DNA of 64,000 bases from NCBI GenBank assembly GCA_963801815.1, contig CAWDGJ010000007.1, positions 128,001 to 192,000 of the forward strand, given 5' to 3'. Source of the DNA: an uncultured Verrucomicrobiae bacterium. GTDB taxonomy: Bacteria; Verrucomicrobiota; Verrucomicrobiia; Chthoniobacterales; UBA10450. Below the pieces are notes generated by a model. The model did no database searches. It was not told the origin of the DNA and saw nothing but the letters and a program-made list of their open reading frames with translations. Both the position numbers and the translations under genes were made by a program. Positions 31,287 to 41,653 of the stretch are shown here, one piece after another (position 1 is the first letter of the stretch; every line of letters starts with the position of its first letter).

Positions 31287-31574
31287 AGGCAGACTTATCA
31301 AATTAGGTTAAAGCAGTTGTGGTACCAGTATCCGTTTTACAAAATCCCAATCTAGTGAGGCAGGGCTAGAAGGGCTCGTCTTCGTTTCAAGATCGTGGTG
31401 TCCTGTTAGGTGGGTTCTGTTTTACGAGAAAACCCCCCGTCTAGGCAAGGGAAATCGCAGAAAACTTTTTACGGAGTTTCGTAAATAACGTTTAACTAAC
31501 CACCGTCCCTAACCCCTGGGACGCGCCCCGAGAAATTCTCCCTCCTTGGCCCGCGCTAAGCTGATATTACGCCC

Positions 31575-32216
31575 ATGTTGCCAGTTTCGCGCCCGGCCCC
31601 TTGTTTGTTCTCCGGGATTCTGCTCGGGTTGGCCTTCGCTATCGGCTTCGCCAGCCCTTCGCCCATCTATGGGGGCAGTGACAACAAAGAGCCGCAAATC
31701 GAATACATCGCTCCGGACGGCAAGTTATCTTCACTATCCGCCGCGAACCCGGCCGCTCACGAATCCAATGCGGCGTTCATTGATAGCAACACGGTCAGTT
31801 GCGCGTTAAAGGAGGGCGAGACTACTTTTATTATCGAGTTGCCAAAGAATATCGCGACGGATCGATTCATTTTCTTAAACGAGAATGCTGCGGCGTGTGG
31901 TGAGCTTCGAATCGCGGTTTCCGACTCGTCCCTTCCGGCGGACAGCCCAAAATGGACACAAGTGGATGGAATTGTCCCATTCGCTCACAAACGGTTGTTC
32001 AAACTGTCAATGTTAGGGATCGAGAAGAAATTCGTTCGGCTTTCATTCCGAGTGGACGGCCAGGACGAGAAATCGGCCCGGATCTCTAACCCGTTCAGGG
32101 CTTCCATTCTCGCAGAAGCGATCAACTCGAATTTCGCGAAGCTGCGCGGACAAGCCCGAGAGCTGAACCTCGCCGCAATCTCCGTCGCTCCGCTTCCAGC
32201 GCGGGCGCAACAGTAA
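31575..32216 (+). CDS. Secreted hypothetical protein, possible discoidin/galactose-binding-like domain
   Basis: Signal peptide; FIIELP...IAVSD...W..V...KFVRLSF spacing resembles F5/8 type C folds. Confidence 0.55.
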   Translation: MLPVSRPAPCLFSGILLGLAFAIGFASPSPIYGGSDNKEPQIEYIAPDGKLSSLSAANPAAHESNAAFIDSNTVSCALKEGETTFIIELPKNIATDRFIFLNENAAACGELRIAVSDSSLPADSPKWTQVDGIVPFAHKRLFKLSMLGIEKKFVRLSFRVDGQDEKSARISNPFRASILAEAINSNFAKLRGQARELNLAAISVAPLPARAQQ

Positions 32217-32323
32217 TTCGCAAAGCAAAAGCGCATCGCGATTCGCCATGGCAATCCGTTTTCGCACAACCTTCAAGGGGCATGGAACTAGCTATTTACA
32301 CGTCGGGTTGTTTGACGTGACGC

Positions 32324-33991
32324 ATGCGATTAGGGAACGAGGATCAGACTGCAGAAACGCCGATTCAATCGCCGTCACTCGAGCAATTCATTGTAGGTCA
32401 ACTGCGAGATCTCTCCGATGAAAGCAAAATTACTGTCTCTCCAAGTGATTCGCCGCCGAGCAATGATTATTTTCCATTTGTTGCCCGGGCTACGAACGAC
32501 GCGATTCGGGATTGGAATGTAAAAACCGGAGCGCTTTCCTGGCCGCAGGGTTTGCAATCGCTCTTCGGTTACAACCCTACGTCGGCCGATGGCCGGATCA
32601 GTTTCTGGCAACAAAACATTCACCCGGCCGATCACGCGCGCATCGCCGCGTCGATCAGTGACGCGCTGGCCGGAACTGGAGATCAATGGAGCGGCGAATA
32701 CCGCTTTCGTCGCGCTGACGGAACAGATCTAAACATTCTGGAGCGAGCCGTCATTCTCCGCGATGGCGACGGTTCGGCAGCGCGACTGATCGGTTCGCTG
32801 ATGGACGTTACCGCGCGTAAACAACTTCAAGACCAGCTTTGTCGCTCACAAAGAATGGAAGCATTCGGGCAACTGGCCGCTGGCGTCGCCCACGATTTCA
32901 ACAATTTTCTCACGACAATCCTGGGCTACGGCGATCTACTTCTTCACGAAAAACAAATTAAAGGAGCATTGGCCGATCATGTGACCGAAATCCGCGCTGC
33001 AGCCGGGCGCGCGTCGGCGCTCACACAGCAACTTCTCGCGTTTAGTCGCCGCCAAGCAATGGAGGCCGTCGTTGTCGAAATCAATTCCATCGTTACAAAT
33101 CTCGAGCGTTCGTTGCTCCGACTCATCGGCGAAAATATTTCGGTCGTCTGCGAGCTCCATCACGAAAAAGATGGCGCCTATATCAAGGCCGATCCGCAAC
33201 AGATCACCCAAATCATTCTAAACCTCGCGGTAAACGCGCGAGATGCTATGCCTCAAGGCGGACAACTCATTTTTCGCACCGGCATGGTCGATCTTCCGCG
33301 ACATCCTCAATGCCCGATTGACTGCAGCGAGTGCAAGCCGGGTCAATACGTCGTCATCAGCATCTCCGATAACGGAACCGGAATGAGTGAAGACGTGAAA
33401 GGGCATCTCTTCGAACCTTTTTTCACCACCAAAGTAAATGAGCGCCGGAGCGGTCTTGGTCTCGCGACTTGTTACGGCATCGTGCATCAGAGCGGCGGAC
33501 ATCTGCGGGTCGAAAGCGAGGAGGGAAATGGCACGACGGTATATGTTTATTTGCCGCGCGTTCCCGCTCCCCCTCCCCCTTCCTACAAAAAACCGGGCAG
33601 CAAGAAAGTGCGCGGAGGCACCGAGACTATTCTTCTTCTCGAAGACGATGTGAGCGTGCGTCACATTTCTGTGCGCGTCCTGCGCGCCCTCGGTTATGAA
33701 GTCATCGAAGCGGCCAATAGCAGCGATGCTCGCCATTTGCTCGCACAGGACGGAGGCCGCAAAGTTGATCTGCTTCTCACCGATATGGTGATGCCACAAG
33801 TCAGCGGTCGTCGCTTCGCGGACGCTCTCCGCGCGGCTCATCCCAATATCAAAGTTCTCTTCATCTCCGGATACCTCGAAGAATCGCTGCAGCCGGACGA
33901 TCGTTGCGAACCCGGAATGTTTTTCCTGCCAAAGCCTTTCGACGCCGAGCAACTCGCCATCAAAGTTCGCGAAGCGCTCGACGCAAAATAG
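32324..33991 (+). CDS. PAS-domain hybrid sensor histidine kinase / receiver
   Basis: PAS (IHPADH), H-box GVAHDFNN, NARDAM, DNGTG, FEPFFTTK, GLGL, REC domain (LTDMVMP, KPF). Confidence 0.93.
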   Translation: MRLGNEDQTAETPIQSPSLEQFIVGQLRDLSDESKITVSPSDSPPSNDYFPFVARATNDAIRDWNVKTGALSWPQGLQSLFGYNPTSADGRISFWQQNIHPADHARIAASISDALAGTGDQWSGEYRFRRADGTDLNILERAVILRDGDGSAARLIGSLMDVTARKQLQDQLCRSQRMEAFGQLAAGVAHDFNNFLTTILGYGDLLLHEKQIKGALADHVTEIRAAAGRASALTQQLLAFSRRQAMEAVVVEINSIVTNLERSLLRLIGENISVVCELHHEKDGAYIKADPQQITQIILNLAVNARDAMPQGGQLIFRTGMVDLPRHPQCPIDCSECKPGQYVVISISDNGTGMSEDVKGHLFEPFFTTKVNERRSGLGLATCYGIVHQSGGHLRVESEEGNGTTVYVYLPRVPAPPPPSYKKPGSKKVRGGTETILLLEDDVSVRHISVRVLRALGYEVIEAANSSDARHLLAQDGGRKVDLLLTDMVMPQVSGRRFADALRAAHPNIKVLFISGYLEESLQPDDRCEPGMFFLPKPFDAEQLAIKVREALDAK

Positions 33992-34067
33992 CTACGCTGA
34001 TTGACTCGTGAGTCGGGCCCGAACGATGCGATCTTGTCCCTGACCCACTCGCGCTCAATTCCAGCGC

Positions 34068-34581
34068 GTGATCACGTTCAAAGACATCGAAGCCGCGCGG
34101 GATCGAATCGCCGGCGCTGTTTTCTGTACCGATTGCCGGCATTCCATCCCGCTAAGCGAAATCGCGGGCATGAGAATCTTCTGCAAGTTCGACAACGCAC
34201 AACGGACCGGAAGTTTTAAGGAACGCGGCGCGCGTAACGCGCTGGCGCAACTGTCCGCCGATCAAAGGAAACGCGGCGTCATCGCGGCTTCGGCCGGTAA
34301 TCATGCGCAGGCGCTCGCTTATCAGGGGAAACTGCTCGGCATTCCGGCGACGGTCGTGATGCCGCAATACGCGCCGCTCGTTAAAGTGAGCAATTGCCAG
34401 GCGCTCGGCGCCAACGTCGTTCTACACGGAAAAGATTTTGCCGAAGCGAAAGCATATGCTCATGAGCTCGCGGCCGAAAAAAGCCTCGCTTACATCGATG
34501 GCTACGACGACCCCGCGATCATCGCGGGCCAGGGAACGATGGGAATCGATGAAAGCACACGGCATCGAAACTTACGAATAG
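34068..34581 (+). pseudogene. ilvA: Threonine ammonia-lyase with large internal deletion
   Basis: N-terminal ~160 aa intact (TGSFKERG, ASAGNHAQ, IIAGQGTMG), then homology stops; a plausible C-terminal remnant MKAHGIETYE* follows in another frame. Confidence 0.8.
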
Positions 34582-34670
34582 ATAGCGGCGATTGCCCTTA
34601 ATCGCCATGGCGGTTCGATGAACAGCCCCTGTCATCTTGAATGCTGCTTCGCGTTCCGTAATCTCTCTCA

Positions 34671-37610
34671 ATGCACACGCGCAAGGAAAGGGTCGACATC
34701 GCGATGGACTTTTCGCGCCGTCACATCGGTCCAAACCCCGAAGAGACAGCCGAGATGTTGCGCGCAGTCGGGTTCGACAATCTCGACGGGCTGATCGATG
34801 CCACTGTTCCCAAAAATATTCGGCTCGATCGCCAATTAAATCTGCCGGAACCAAAGTCCGAAGCGGAAGCGCTTGCCGAATTGCGCGCGATTTCGAAGAA
34901 AAACAAGATTGCGAAGTCGTTTATCGGCGCGGGCTACTCGGATTGCATCACGCCGCCGGTCATTCAGCGAAACATTCTCGAGAATCCCGGTTGGTACACG
35001 GCCTACACGCCGTACCAAGCGGAACTAGCGCAGGGCCGGCTCGAAGCGCTGCTTAATTTTCAAACGATGATTGTCGACCTAACCAAGCTCGACATCGCGA
35101 ACGCTTCGATGCTCGATGAAGCGACTTCGGCGGCTGAGGCGATGGCGCTTTGTCATGCGTCGGTTCCGGACCGAAAAACTTTTTTGGTCGCTGACAATTG
35201 CCACCCGCAAACGATCGCCGTCGTCCGGACTCGCGCGAAACCACTCGGGATTGGAGTTAAGATCGGCAACTTCGCAAAGTTTAAATTCGACAACACGGTT
35301 TTCGGCGCACTCGTCCAATATCCCGCAACCGACGGCGCGATTTACGATTATAGCGAGTTCGTGAAACAAGCGCACGCTGCCGGCGCACTGGTCGTTGTCG
35401 CGGCGGACATTCTCGCTCTGACTTTGCTAAAACCGCCGGGAGAATTCGGCGCCGACGTTGCCGTCGGCAACACCCAACGATTCGGTGTCCCATTGGGATT
35501 TGGCGGACCGCACGCGGCGTATTTTGCGACGCGCGATCAATACAAGCGTCACATGCCCGGCCGGCTCGTCGGCGTTTCGCATGATGCCGAAGGTCGCCCC
35601 GCGTATCGACTTTCGCTCCAAACCCGCGAGCAACACATCAGGCGCGATAAAGCCACCAGTAACATTTGCACGGCGCAGGTCCTCCTCGCAGTCATCGCGT
35701 CGATGTACGCGGTCTATCACGGCCCGCGCGGATTGCGTGCAATCGCCGAACGCGTGCATCGGCGCGCGAGTCAATTCGCAGATGGACTTCGCGCGCTAGG
35801 ATTGAAGATAGCTGACAATAATTTCTTCGACACGATTCGCGTCGAAGTGGAGTCGAGCAGCGTTCTGCTTGAGCATGCCGAGAAAGCGGGATGCAATCTT
35901 CGCGCCCTGGGTACGAACGCGGTCGGCGTCTCGCTCGATGAAACGACGACCGATCGCGATCTCGAGTTCTTGATGTCGATCTTTCGAGGAACGCTCGTGC
36001 GCGATCTTGCTCAGGATAACGTCGGAGAGCCATCAATGCGCATTCCACAATTCGCAATCCGCAATTCTGAATTTCTAACTCATCCAGTTTTCAATACGCA
36101 CGACACCGAAACGGAAATGCTCCGTTATTTGAAGAAGCTTGAATCGCGCGACCTCTCGCTCTGCCATTCAATGATTCCGCTCGGGTCGTGCACGATGAAG
36201 TTAAACGCAACGGCGGAAATGTTTCCGATCTCGTGGCCGGAATTTTCAAAATTGCATCCGTTCGCCCCGACGGAGCAAACCGCCGGTTACGTCGAAATGT
36301 GCAACCAGCTCGAAGACTGGCTGGCCGAGCTCACCGGGTTCGCCGCTATTTCGTTGCAGCCCAACGCCGGTTCACAAGGCGAGTACGCCGGACTGCTTGC
36401 GATTCGCGAGTACCACGCGTCGCGCGGTGAATTGCATCGCAATGTCTGCCTGATTCCAACTTCGGCGCACGGAACCAATCCTGCGAGCGCAGTGATGGCG
36501 GGACTCAAAGTCGTCCCGGTCGCGACGTTGAAAGATGGTGATATCGATCTGGCCGATCTTCGCGCGAAAGCCGATGCCCACGCGCGCGATCTCGCGGCGC
36601 TGATGGTGACTTATCCAAGCACGCATGGAGTTTTCGAGCCGACGATTCGCGAGATCTGCGAGATCGTGCACGCGCACGGCGGGCAGGTTTACATGGACGG
36701 CGCAAATATGAACGCTCAATGCGGCCTTTGCCGGCCGGGCGATTATGGCGCGGATGTTTGCCATTTGAATTTACATAAGACCTTTTGCATTCCGCACGGC
36801 GGCGGCGGTCCCGGCGTCGGACCGATCGGTGTTGTCGAACATCTCGCGCCGTTCTTGCCGAGAGAATTCATTGCCGATCCTGAAACCGGTGAAGTTATTT
36901 TCGGCGACAGCGAAGAAGGAAAACGTCCGCCAGCCGGGAAAGGAACAACCCATCGTCATGGCGGTGGTAACGCCGGAAACGTCGCCGCGACTCCTTACGG
37001 CAGCGCGAGTATTCTCACGATTTCCTGGATGTACATTCGGATGATGGGGGCATCCGGCCTGAAGCGCGCCAGCGAGATCGCGATCCTAAATGCGAATTAC
37101 ATCGCCAAGCGACTCGATCCCCATTTCCCGGTTTTGTTCAAAGGAAAACGCGGTTTGGTCGCGCACGAATGCATTATCGACCTTCGCCAATGGAAATCAG
37201 CAGGCATCGACGTCGAAGACGTCGCGAAGCGCCTGATGGATTATGGATTTCACGCGCCGACGGTCTCCTGGCCGGTCGCGGGCACGATGATGATCGAACC
37301 GACCGAAAGCGAGCCGAAACACGAGCTCGATCGTTTTTGTGACGCCATGATTTCGATTCGCGCGGAAATTGAAGCCGTCGCGACCGGTAAGATCGATAAA
37401 CAAAATAATCCGCTGAAGAATGCGCCACACACCGCGCGACAGATCGCCGCCGAGAAATGGGAACGCCCGTATTCGCGTGAACAAGGCGCATTTCCCGCGC
37501 CCTGGACCCGCGAGCATAAATTCTGGCCATCGGTCGCCAGGATCGACAACGTTTACGGCGATCGGAATTTGTTCTGCTCCTGCCCGCCAATCGAAGAATT
37601 CAGTTCATAG
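34671..37610 (+). CDS. gcvP: Glycine dehydrogenase (decarboxylating), P protein
   Basis: [47 protein letters not shown] (PLP Lys), DNVYGDRNL. Confidence 0.97.
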   Translation: MHTRKERVDIAMDFSRRHIGPNPEETAEMLRAVGFDNLDGLIDATVPKNIRLDRQLNLPEPKSEAEALAELRAISKKNKIAKSFIGAGYSDCITPPVIQRNILENPGWYTAYTPYQAELAQGRLEALLNFQTMIVDLTKLDIANASMLDEATSAAEAMALCHASVPDRKTFLVADNCHPQTIAVVRTRAKPLGIGVKIGNFAKFKFDNTVFGALVQYPATDGAIYDYSEFVKQAHAAGALVVVAADILALTLLKPPGEFGADVAVGNTQRFGVPLGFGGPHAAYFATRDQYKRHMPGRLVGVSHDAEGRPAYRLSLQTREQHIRRDKATSNICTAQVLLAVIASMYAVYHGPRGLRAIAERVHRRASQFADGLRALGLKIADNNFFDTIRVEVESSSVLLEHAEKAGCNLRALGTNAVGVSLDETTTDRDLEFLMSIFRGTLVRDLAQDNVGEPSMRIPQFAIRNSEFLTHPVFNTHDTETEMLRYLKKLESRDLSLCHSMIPLGSCTMKLNATAEMFPISWPEFSKLHPFAPTEQTAGYVEMCNQLEDWLAELTGFAAISLQPNAGSQGEYAGLLAIREYHASRGELHRNVCLIPTSAHGTNPASAVMAGLKVVPVATLKDGDIDLADLRAKADAHARDLAALMVTYPSTHGVFEPTIREICEIVHAHGGQVYMDGANMNAQCGLCRPGDYGADVCHLNLHKTFCIPHGGGGPGVGPIGVVEHLAPFLPREFIADPETGEVIFGDSEEGKRPPAGKGTTHRHGGGNAGNVAATPYGSASILTISWMYIRMMGASGLKRASEIAILNANYIAKRLDPHFPVLFKGKRGLVAHECIIDLRQWKSAGIDVEDVAKRLMDYGFHAPTVSWPVAGTMMIEPTESEPKHELDRFCDAMISIRAEIEAVATGKIDKQNNPLKNAPHTARQIAAEKWERPYSREQGAFPAPWTREHKFWPSVARIDNVYGDRNLFCSCPPIEEFSS

Positions 37611-37652
37611 CGCTCTGAAAGATTTCCTAGCGACGCCAGGAATTCAGGAAAG

Positions 37653-38177
37653 ATGGTTCGAAAAGTTCTCGTTTCACTCATCGCGGTGGGCTTGTTGATC
37701 GCCGGCGTTTACGTTTACGCGCATCACGTTTGGAATCCGCTGCCGCCCGGAACGACAGTTGACCGGATCGTCGTCGAGAAATCGAAGCGAAGATTGTCGG
37801 TCTTTGCGAACGGCAAAGAATTAAAAAGTTATCGCGTGGCGCTTGGACGGAATCCGACCGGTGCGAAACAAGAAGAAGGCGACATGAAAACGCCGGAAGG
37901 CGCTTACAAGATCGATGCTCGCAATCCGCAGAGCGACTATCACCTGGCGCTGCACGTCTCTTATCCGTCGGACGAAGACACGGCTCGCGCGGCTGGGCGC
38001 GGAGTCAACGCCGGGTTCGATATCATGATTCACGGAATTCAAAACGGTAGCGGCTGGATCGGCGCGTTTCATCGCATGCACGATTGGACCGTGGGCTGCA
38101 TCGCGCTAACCGACGAAGAGATCGAAGAACTTTGGCGCGTCACGCCCGATGGGACACCGATTGAAGTCCGACCGTGA
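37653..38177 (+). CDS. L,D-transpeptidase (YkuD) family protein
   Basis: GDMKTPEG, SYP, IMIHG...WTVGCIAL catalytic His/Cys. Confidence 0.9.
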   Translation: MVRKVLVSLIAVGLLIAGVYVYAHHVWNPLPPGTTVDRIVVEKSKRRLSVFANGKELKSYRVALGRNPTGAKQEEGDMKTPEGAYKIDARNPQSDYHLALHVSYPSDEDTARAAGRGVNAGFDIMIHGIQNGSGWIGAFHRMHDWTVGCIALTDEEIEELWRVTPDGTPIEVRP

Positions 38178-38180
38178 AAT

Positions 38181-38663
38181 TCAGTGACGGCGGACGGCCG
38201 GAATCTGGAACGTAGGTGGCGGGCTGGGATAAGTGGCCGGCGCAGACATTAAGGCAGATTCCGCAACGTTGGACACAATCCGTCCGGTCGATTGTTGACG
38301 GACGAAAGTTTTCACGCCCACGTCCGAACTGTCACAGACGACCTGATACTTCGTGCCCGCCTCCAACTTTACACTCAAAACAAGCGGCGACGCGGCGACG
38401 CGCGGTCCCACAATTTTCTTTGATGCTTCGTAGGTGATTGTCAGTCGACGCGGTCCCGGGTCGATGCGCCAATAGTCACCGCCGTTCACGGCCGCGTCGA
38501 CGGAGATTCCGTCAATTGCAACAAGATTGATCTGATCTCCGACGCCGAAACCATTTGAAACGGGAACGCGCACCAGCGCGGGATCTTTTGACGTCGGCGT
38601 GTAAACCTGCGCGCAACCCGCGAATGTTGAAAGCATTGCGAGCAAAAAAACCGCGCCGCGCAT
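38181..38663 (-). CDS. Hypothetical lipoprotein
   Basis: Lipobox FAG-C at residue 17; beta-rich domain. Confidence 0.65.
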   Translation of the reverse strand: MRGAVFLLAMLSTFAGCAQVYTPTSKDPALVRVPVSNGFGVGDQINLVAIDGISVDAAVNGGDYWRIDPGPRRLTITYEASKKIVGPRVAASPLVLSVKLEAGTKYQVVCDSSDVGVKTFVRQQSTGRIVSNVAESALMSAPATYPSPPPTFQIPAVRRH

Positions 38664-38671
38664 ATCGGAAC

Positions 38672-40195
38672 CTAAGTTTCTGAGGCAAGCTCAGGTTCGC
38701 GGTCGACACGAGTGGGAACCAGGCGCAGCGCCGATCCGTCTTTCTCGTCTGAAACTTCATCGCCTTGTTCGTGATATTCGGCGTCGGCGTTGACCTGCCA
38801 GAGATCGTAAAGCTTGGCGTCGGCCAGAATATTTTCCACGCACAACATCGCGGTCATCATGGCGTGGTCCTGGTTGTTGTACTTGTGCATTCCGTTACGA
38901 CCGACGAGGTGCAGATTCGGATACTTCGTGTCCAATTCGTGGCGAATCGCCGCTACGTGTAACGCGTAATCATCATCGTAAACCGGATAGGCTTTTTTCT
39001 GGCGCACAACGGTCCCGTCAACAACGTCGCCTTCTTGCGTGAGCCCGATTTGAATCAGCTCGCGCTTCGCCAGGGCGATTAAAGCTTCGTCTTTCGATTC
39101 CCAAAGTCCGTCGCCTTCAAAACAAAAATACTCCAGACCGTAACAAGCTTTGTCCGGGTCGGGCACCATTTCCGGCGACCACGATTTGAAATTTTGAACG
39201 CGGCCAACTTTGACGCGCGGATCGTGAATATAAATCCAGTTGTCAGCGAACTTGTTTCGCTCCTTCAAAATTAGCATCACGGTAAGGAAATCGCGGTACT
39301 TCAAACTCTCGGCCGCGCGCCGGGTGCGATCGGAAACGGGCGGTTGAATCCCGCAAACCAGTTCGCGCATCGGGGCGGAAGAAATCACGTGGTCGGCTTC
39401 AATGAACTGCTGATTTCCGCTACTGTCTTCATATTGAACGGTCCACGTCTCGGTTGCCGCATCGTAAGTGCAACCGTTCACGCGAGCACCCATTTCAACT
39501 TTGCCGCCAATTGTTTTCACCTTGGCGGCCGCCGCTTCCCACATCATTCCTGGGCCTTTGCGCGGGTAACGGAATGAATTGATGAGAGTCTTAATAACTT
39601 TAGTGCGGTCGCCATTCGGCGAACGTTGGGGCAGAAGCGCGTTTTTGATTGCGCTTCCGAGCGAAAGACCGCGAATGCGTTGGGCCGCCCAGTCAGCAGA
39701 GATTTCCTTGCAGCTCATCCCCCACACTTTCTCGGTGTAACTTTTGAAGAAAACGTTGAAGAGCCGTTTGCCGAATTGATTGCTGACCCATTCTTCGAAA
39801 TTACGTGGATGCCGCACCGGAAAGAGTCGCGCCTTCAACCACGACAAGACGCAGATCGTTGATCGAACCACACCGAGCTTGATCAACGCTTCAAACGGCT
39901 TCAGCGGATAAGTGAAAAATTTGCCGTCGTAGTAAATTTTGGACGACCGGGGTCGCTGAAGCATGTCCTTTGGCAAAATTTCCGTCCACAGATCTTCCAC
40001 CGCTTTCGACTTGGAAAAGAAACGATGTCCGCCGATATCGAAATGGAAACCCTTGTAAGTGCTGGTCCGCGAAATTCCGCCGACGTAAACTGGATCGGCT
40101 TCGAGCACGACAACGTCGACATTATTTTTCGAAAGCAGATAAGCAGCGGTCAATCCCGCCGGTCCAGCTCCGATGATCGCGACCGTTGTCTTCAT
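38672..40195 (-). CDS. FAD-dependent oxidoreductase (UDP-galactopyranose mutase / protoporphyrinogen oxidase-like)
   Basis: [39 protein letters not shown]. Confidence 0.85.
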   Translation of the reverse strand: MKTTVAIIGAGPAGLTAAYLLSKNNVDVVVLEADPVYVGGISRTSTYKGFHFDIGGHRFFSKSKAVEDLWTEILPKDMLQRPRSSKIYYDGKFFTYPLKPFEALIKLGVVRSTICVLSWLKARLFPVRHPRNFEEWVSNQFGKRLFNVFFKSYTEKVWGMSCKEISADWAAQRIRGLSLGSAIKNALLPQRSPNGDRTKVIKTLINSFRYPRKGPGMMWEAAAAKVKTIGGKVEMGARVNGCTYDAATETWTVQYEDSSGNQQFIEADHVISSAPMRELVCGIQPPVSDRTRRAAESLKYRDFLTVMLILKERNKFADNWIYIHDPRVKVGRVQNFKSWSPEMVPDPDKACYGLEYFCFEGDGLWESKDEALIALAKRELIQIGLTQEGDVVDGTVVRQKKAYPVYDDDYALHVAAIRHELDTKYPNLHLVGRNGMHKYNNQDHAMMTAMLCVENILADAKLYDLWQVNADAEYHEQGDEVSDEKDGSALRLVPTRVDREPELASET

Positions 40196-40202
40196 TCCGT
40201 GT

Positions 40203-41537
40203 TCAAGCCACCCAGTTTCCGCGAGTAAAATTCCATACGTACCAACCCTCCACGCTCAAACTGACGGCACAGGCGATCACAACCACCGCGATTCCCAGCG
40301 CCCGCACCGGCAGCGGCGGGAGGCGAAATTGCCGTAAGAAGTGCAAAAAAGCGAGCACCATCAGGGCGTGCACGCAGAGTTCGTAGCGCAGCATGCTTTG
40401 CATATCGAGTGACGCGACGCCACTTACGGAAATGTAATAAATCACTACGGCGCAAAAGTAGATGCCGATCCGCGTGGTCCAGTCAGTCCGGCGACGAATT
40501 GCCGGCAGCAACTCGACCACGGCCATCGCGATCAGAAGTAACGCGCCAATGGTCATCGACATCTGGCTCATCTGCGTCGGATCGCTGAGCTCCGGAAGAA
40601 GCCAGCGGTAGTTCGACGGGCGAAAGACAGCGAAGTAATCGGGCTCAATGTTCCAACAGGCGGCCTGCGTCAGCATGTACATATCCCACCGTCCCCAGCG
40701 CACCTGGCAATAAATGAAGAAAGAAACCGCGCCCAGAATGGCCACAAACATCACTGCTATCGCGCTACCGTAATTTTGAAACCAGCGTCGCGGATCGCGA
40801 AGCGCGCTCCATCCTTTTTTGCAAACATCGCGGACCACCGGATATGCCGCGCACGGAATGCCTACAATGCGTGTTGCCGACATGACAATTCCGTGGACGG
40901 CGGCCAAGATTTTTGCGGCACGGCCTTCCGCACTGCTCCAATACATGAAGCCGAACAACGTCATGAGAAAAAGCGATTCGGAATATCCTGCGATCAGAAA
41001 AAACGCGGCAGGGTGCGCAGCAATCGTCAGAGCTCCGAAGAAACGAGACGTGATTGAAAGCTTCCATCGATCGCAGAACAGAAAGAAGTAAGTCCAAAAG
41101 CCCCAGGCTGCGAGTTGCGAGACAATGAGGAGAGCGGTTTCTGTTTCGACATGAAAAACCGAGTGGAACAATCCAGCGACCGCGGGATAAGCCGGGAAAA
41201 AAGCGACGTTGGAAACCTCCATTACTTTATGATTAATCGGCGGGACGATCGTCTGGTAGCCGCGATCGACAATGTTTCCAAACCAGTAACCATCGTGCTG
41301 AACCAGGCTCAGGTAGCGGTAGGAGAAAGGTCCTTCGGGCGCCAACAACAGCACTGCGATAGCGAGCTGCGCCACAGTTACGACGAGGCCAGTTAACCAT
41401 GGCCGAGACAGAAACTTCGATTGGATCACATCAACATCCGGGAGGGGTGAGGAGAAACCAAAGGTTTCCGTATTGCAAGAACTAGTCGCCTCCCGGGCGA
41501 TCGCGGTCTCAACGGGCATAAACTTAGTGATATTCAC
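40203..41537 (-). CDS. GT-C membrane glycosyltransferase (PIG-V/mannosyltransferase-like)
   Basis: HDGYWF..IV..GY, AFFPAYP, YSESLF, TRIVG, RY motifs; polytopic. Confidence 0.72.
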   Translation of the reverse strand: MNITKFMPVETAIAREATSSCNTETFGFSSPLPDVDVIQSKFLSRPWLTGLVVTVAQLAIAVLLLAPEGPFSYRYLSLVQHDGYWFGNIVDRGYQTIVPPINHKVMEVSNVAFFPAYPAVAGLFHSVFHVETETALLIVSQLAAWGFWTYFFLFCDRWKLSITSRFFGALTIAAHPAAFFLIAGYSESLFLMTLFGFMYWSSAEGRAAKILAAVHGIVMSATRIVGIPCAAYPVVRDVCKKGWSALRDPRRWFQNYGSAIAVMFVAILGAVSFFIYCQVRWGRWDMYMLTQAACWNIEPDYFAVFRPSNYRWLLPELSDPTQMSQMSMTIGALLLIAMAVVELLPAIRRRTDWTTRIGIYFCAVVIYYISVSGVASLDMQSMLRYELCVHALMVLAFLHFLRQFRLPPLPVRALGIAVVVIACAVSLSVEGWYVWNFTRGNWVA

Positions 41538-41653
41538 CTTCGCGGCACACAGTTGATAGTGGCGTCACCCACTGATTCGCGCGCGGGTTTGTGAACAGTT
41601 GCACTGCTCGAAGATCGACCCGACTCGCCGAGGCTGTGGAGGCCGGGAAGCAT

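Noticed and set aside
34582..34670. Possible glycine riboswitch upstream of gcvP
   Set aside because: The region is under 90 bp and I could not find the GGAGA...CCGAAG...CTCTCAGG core.
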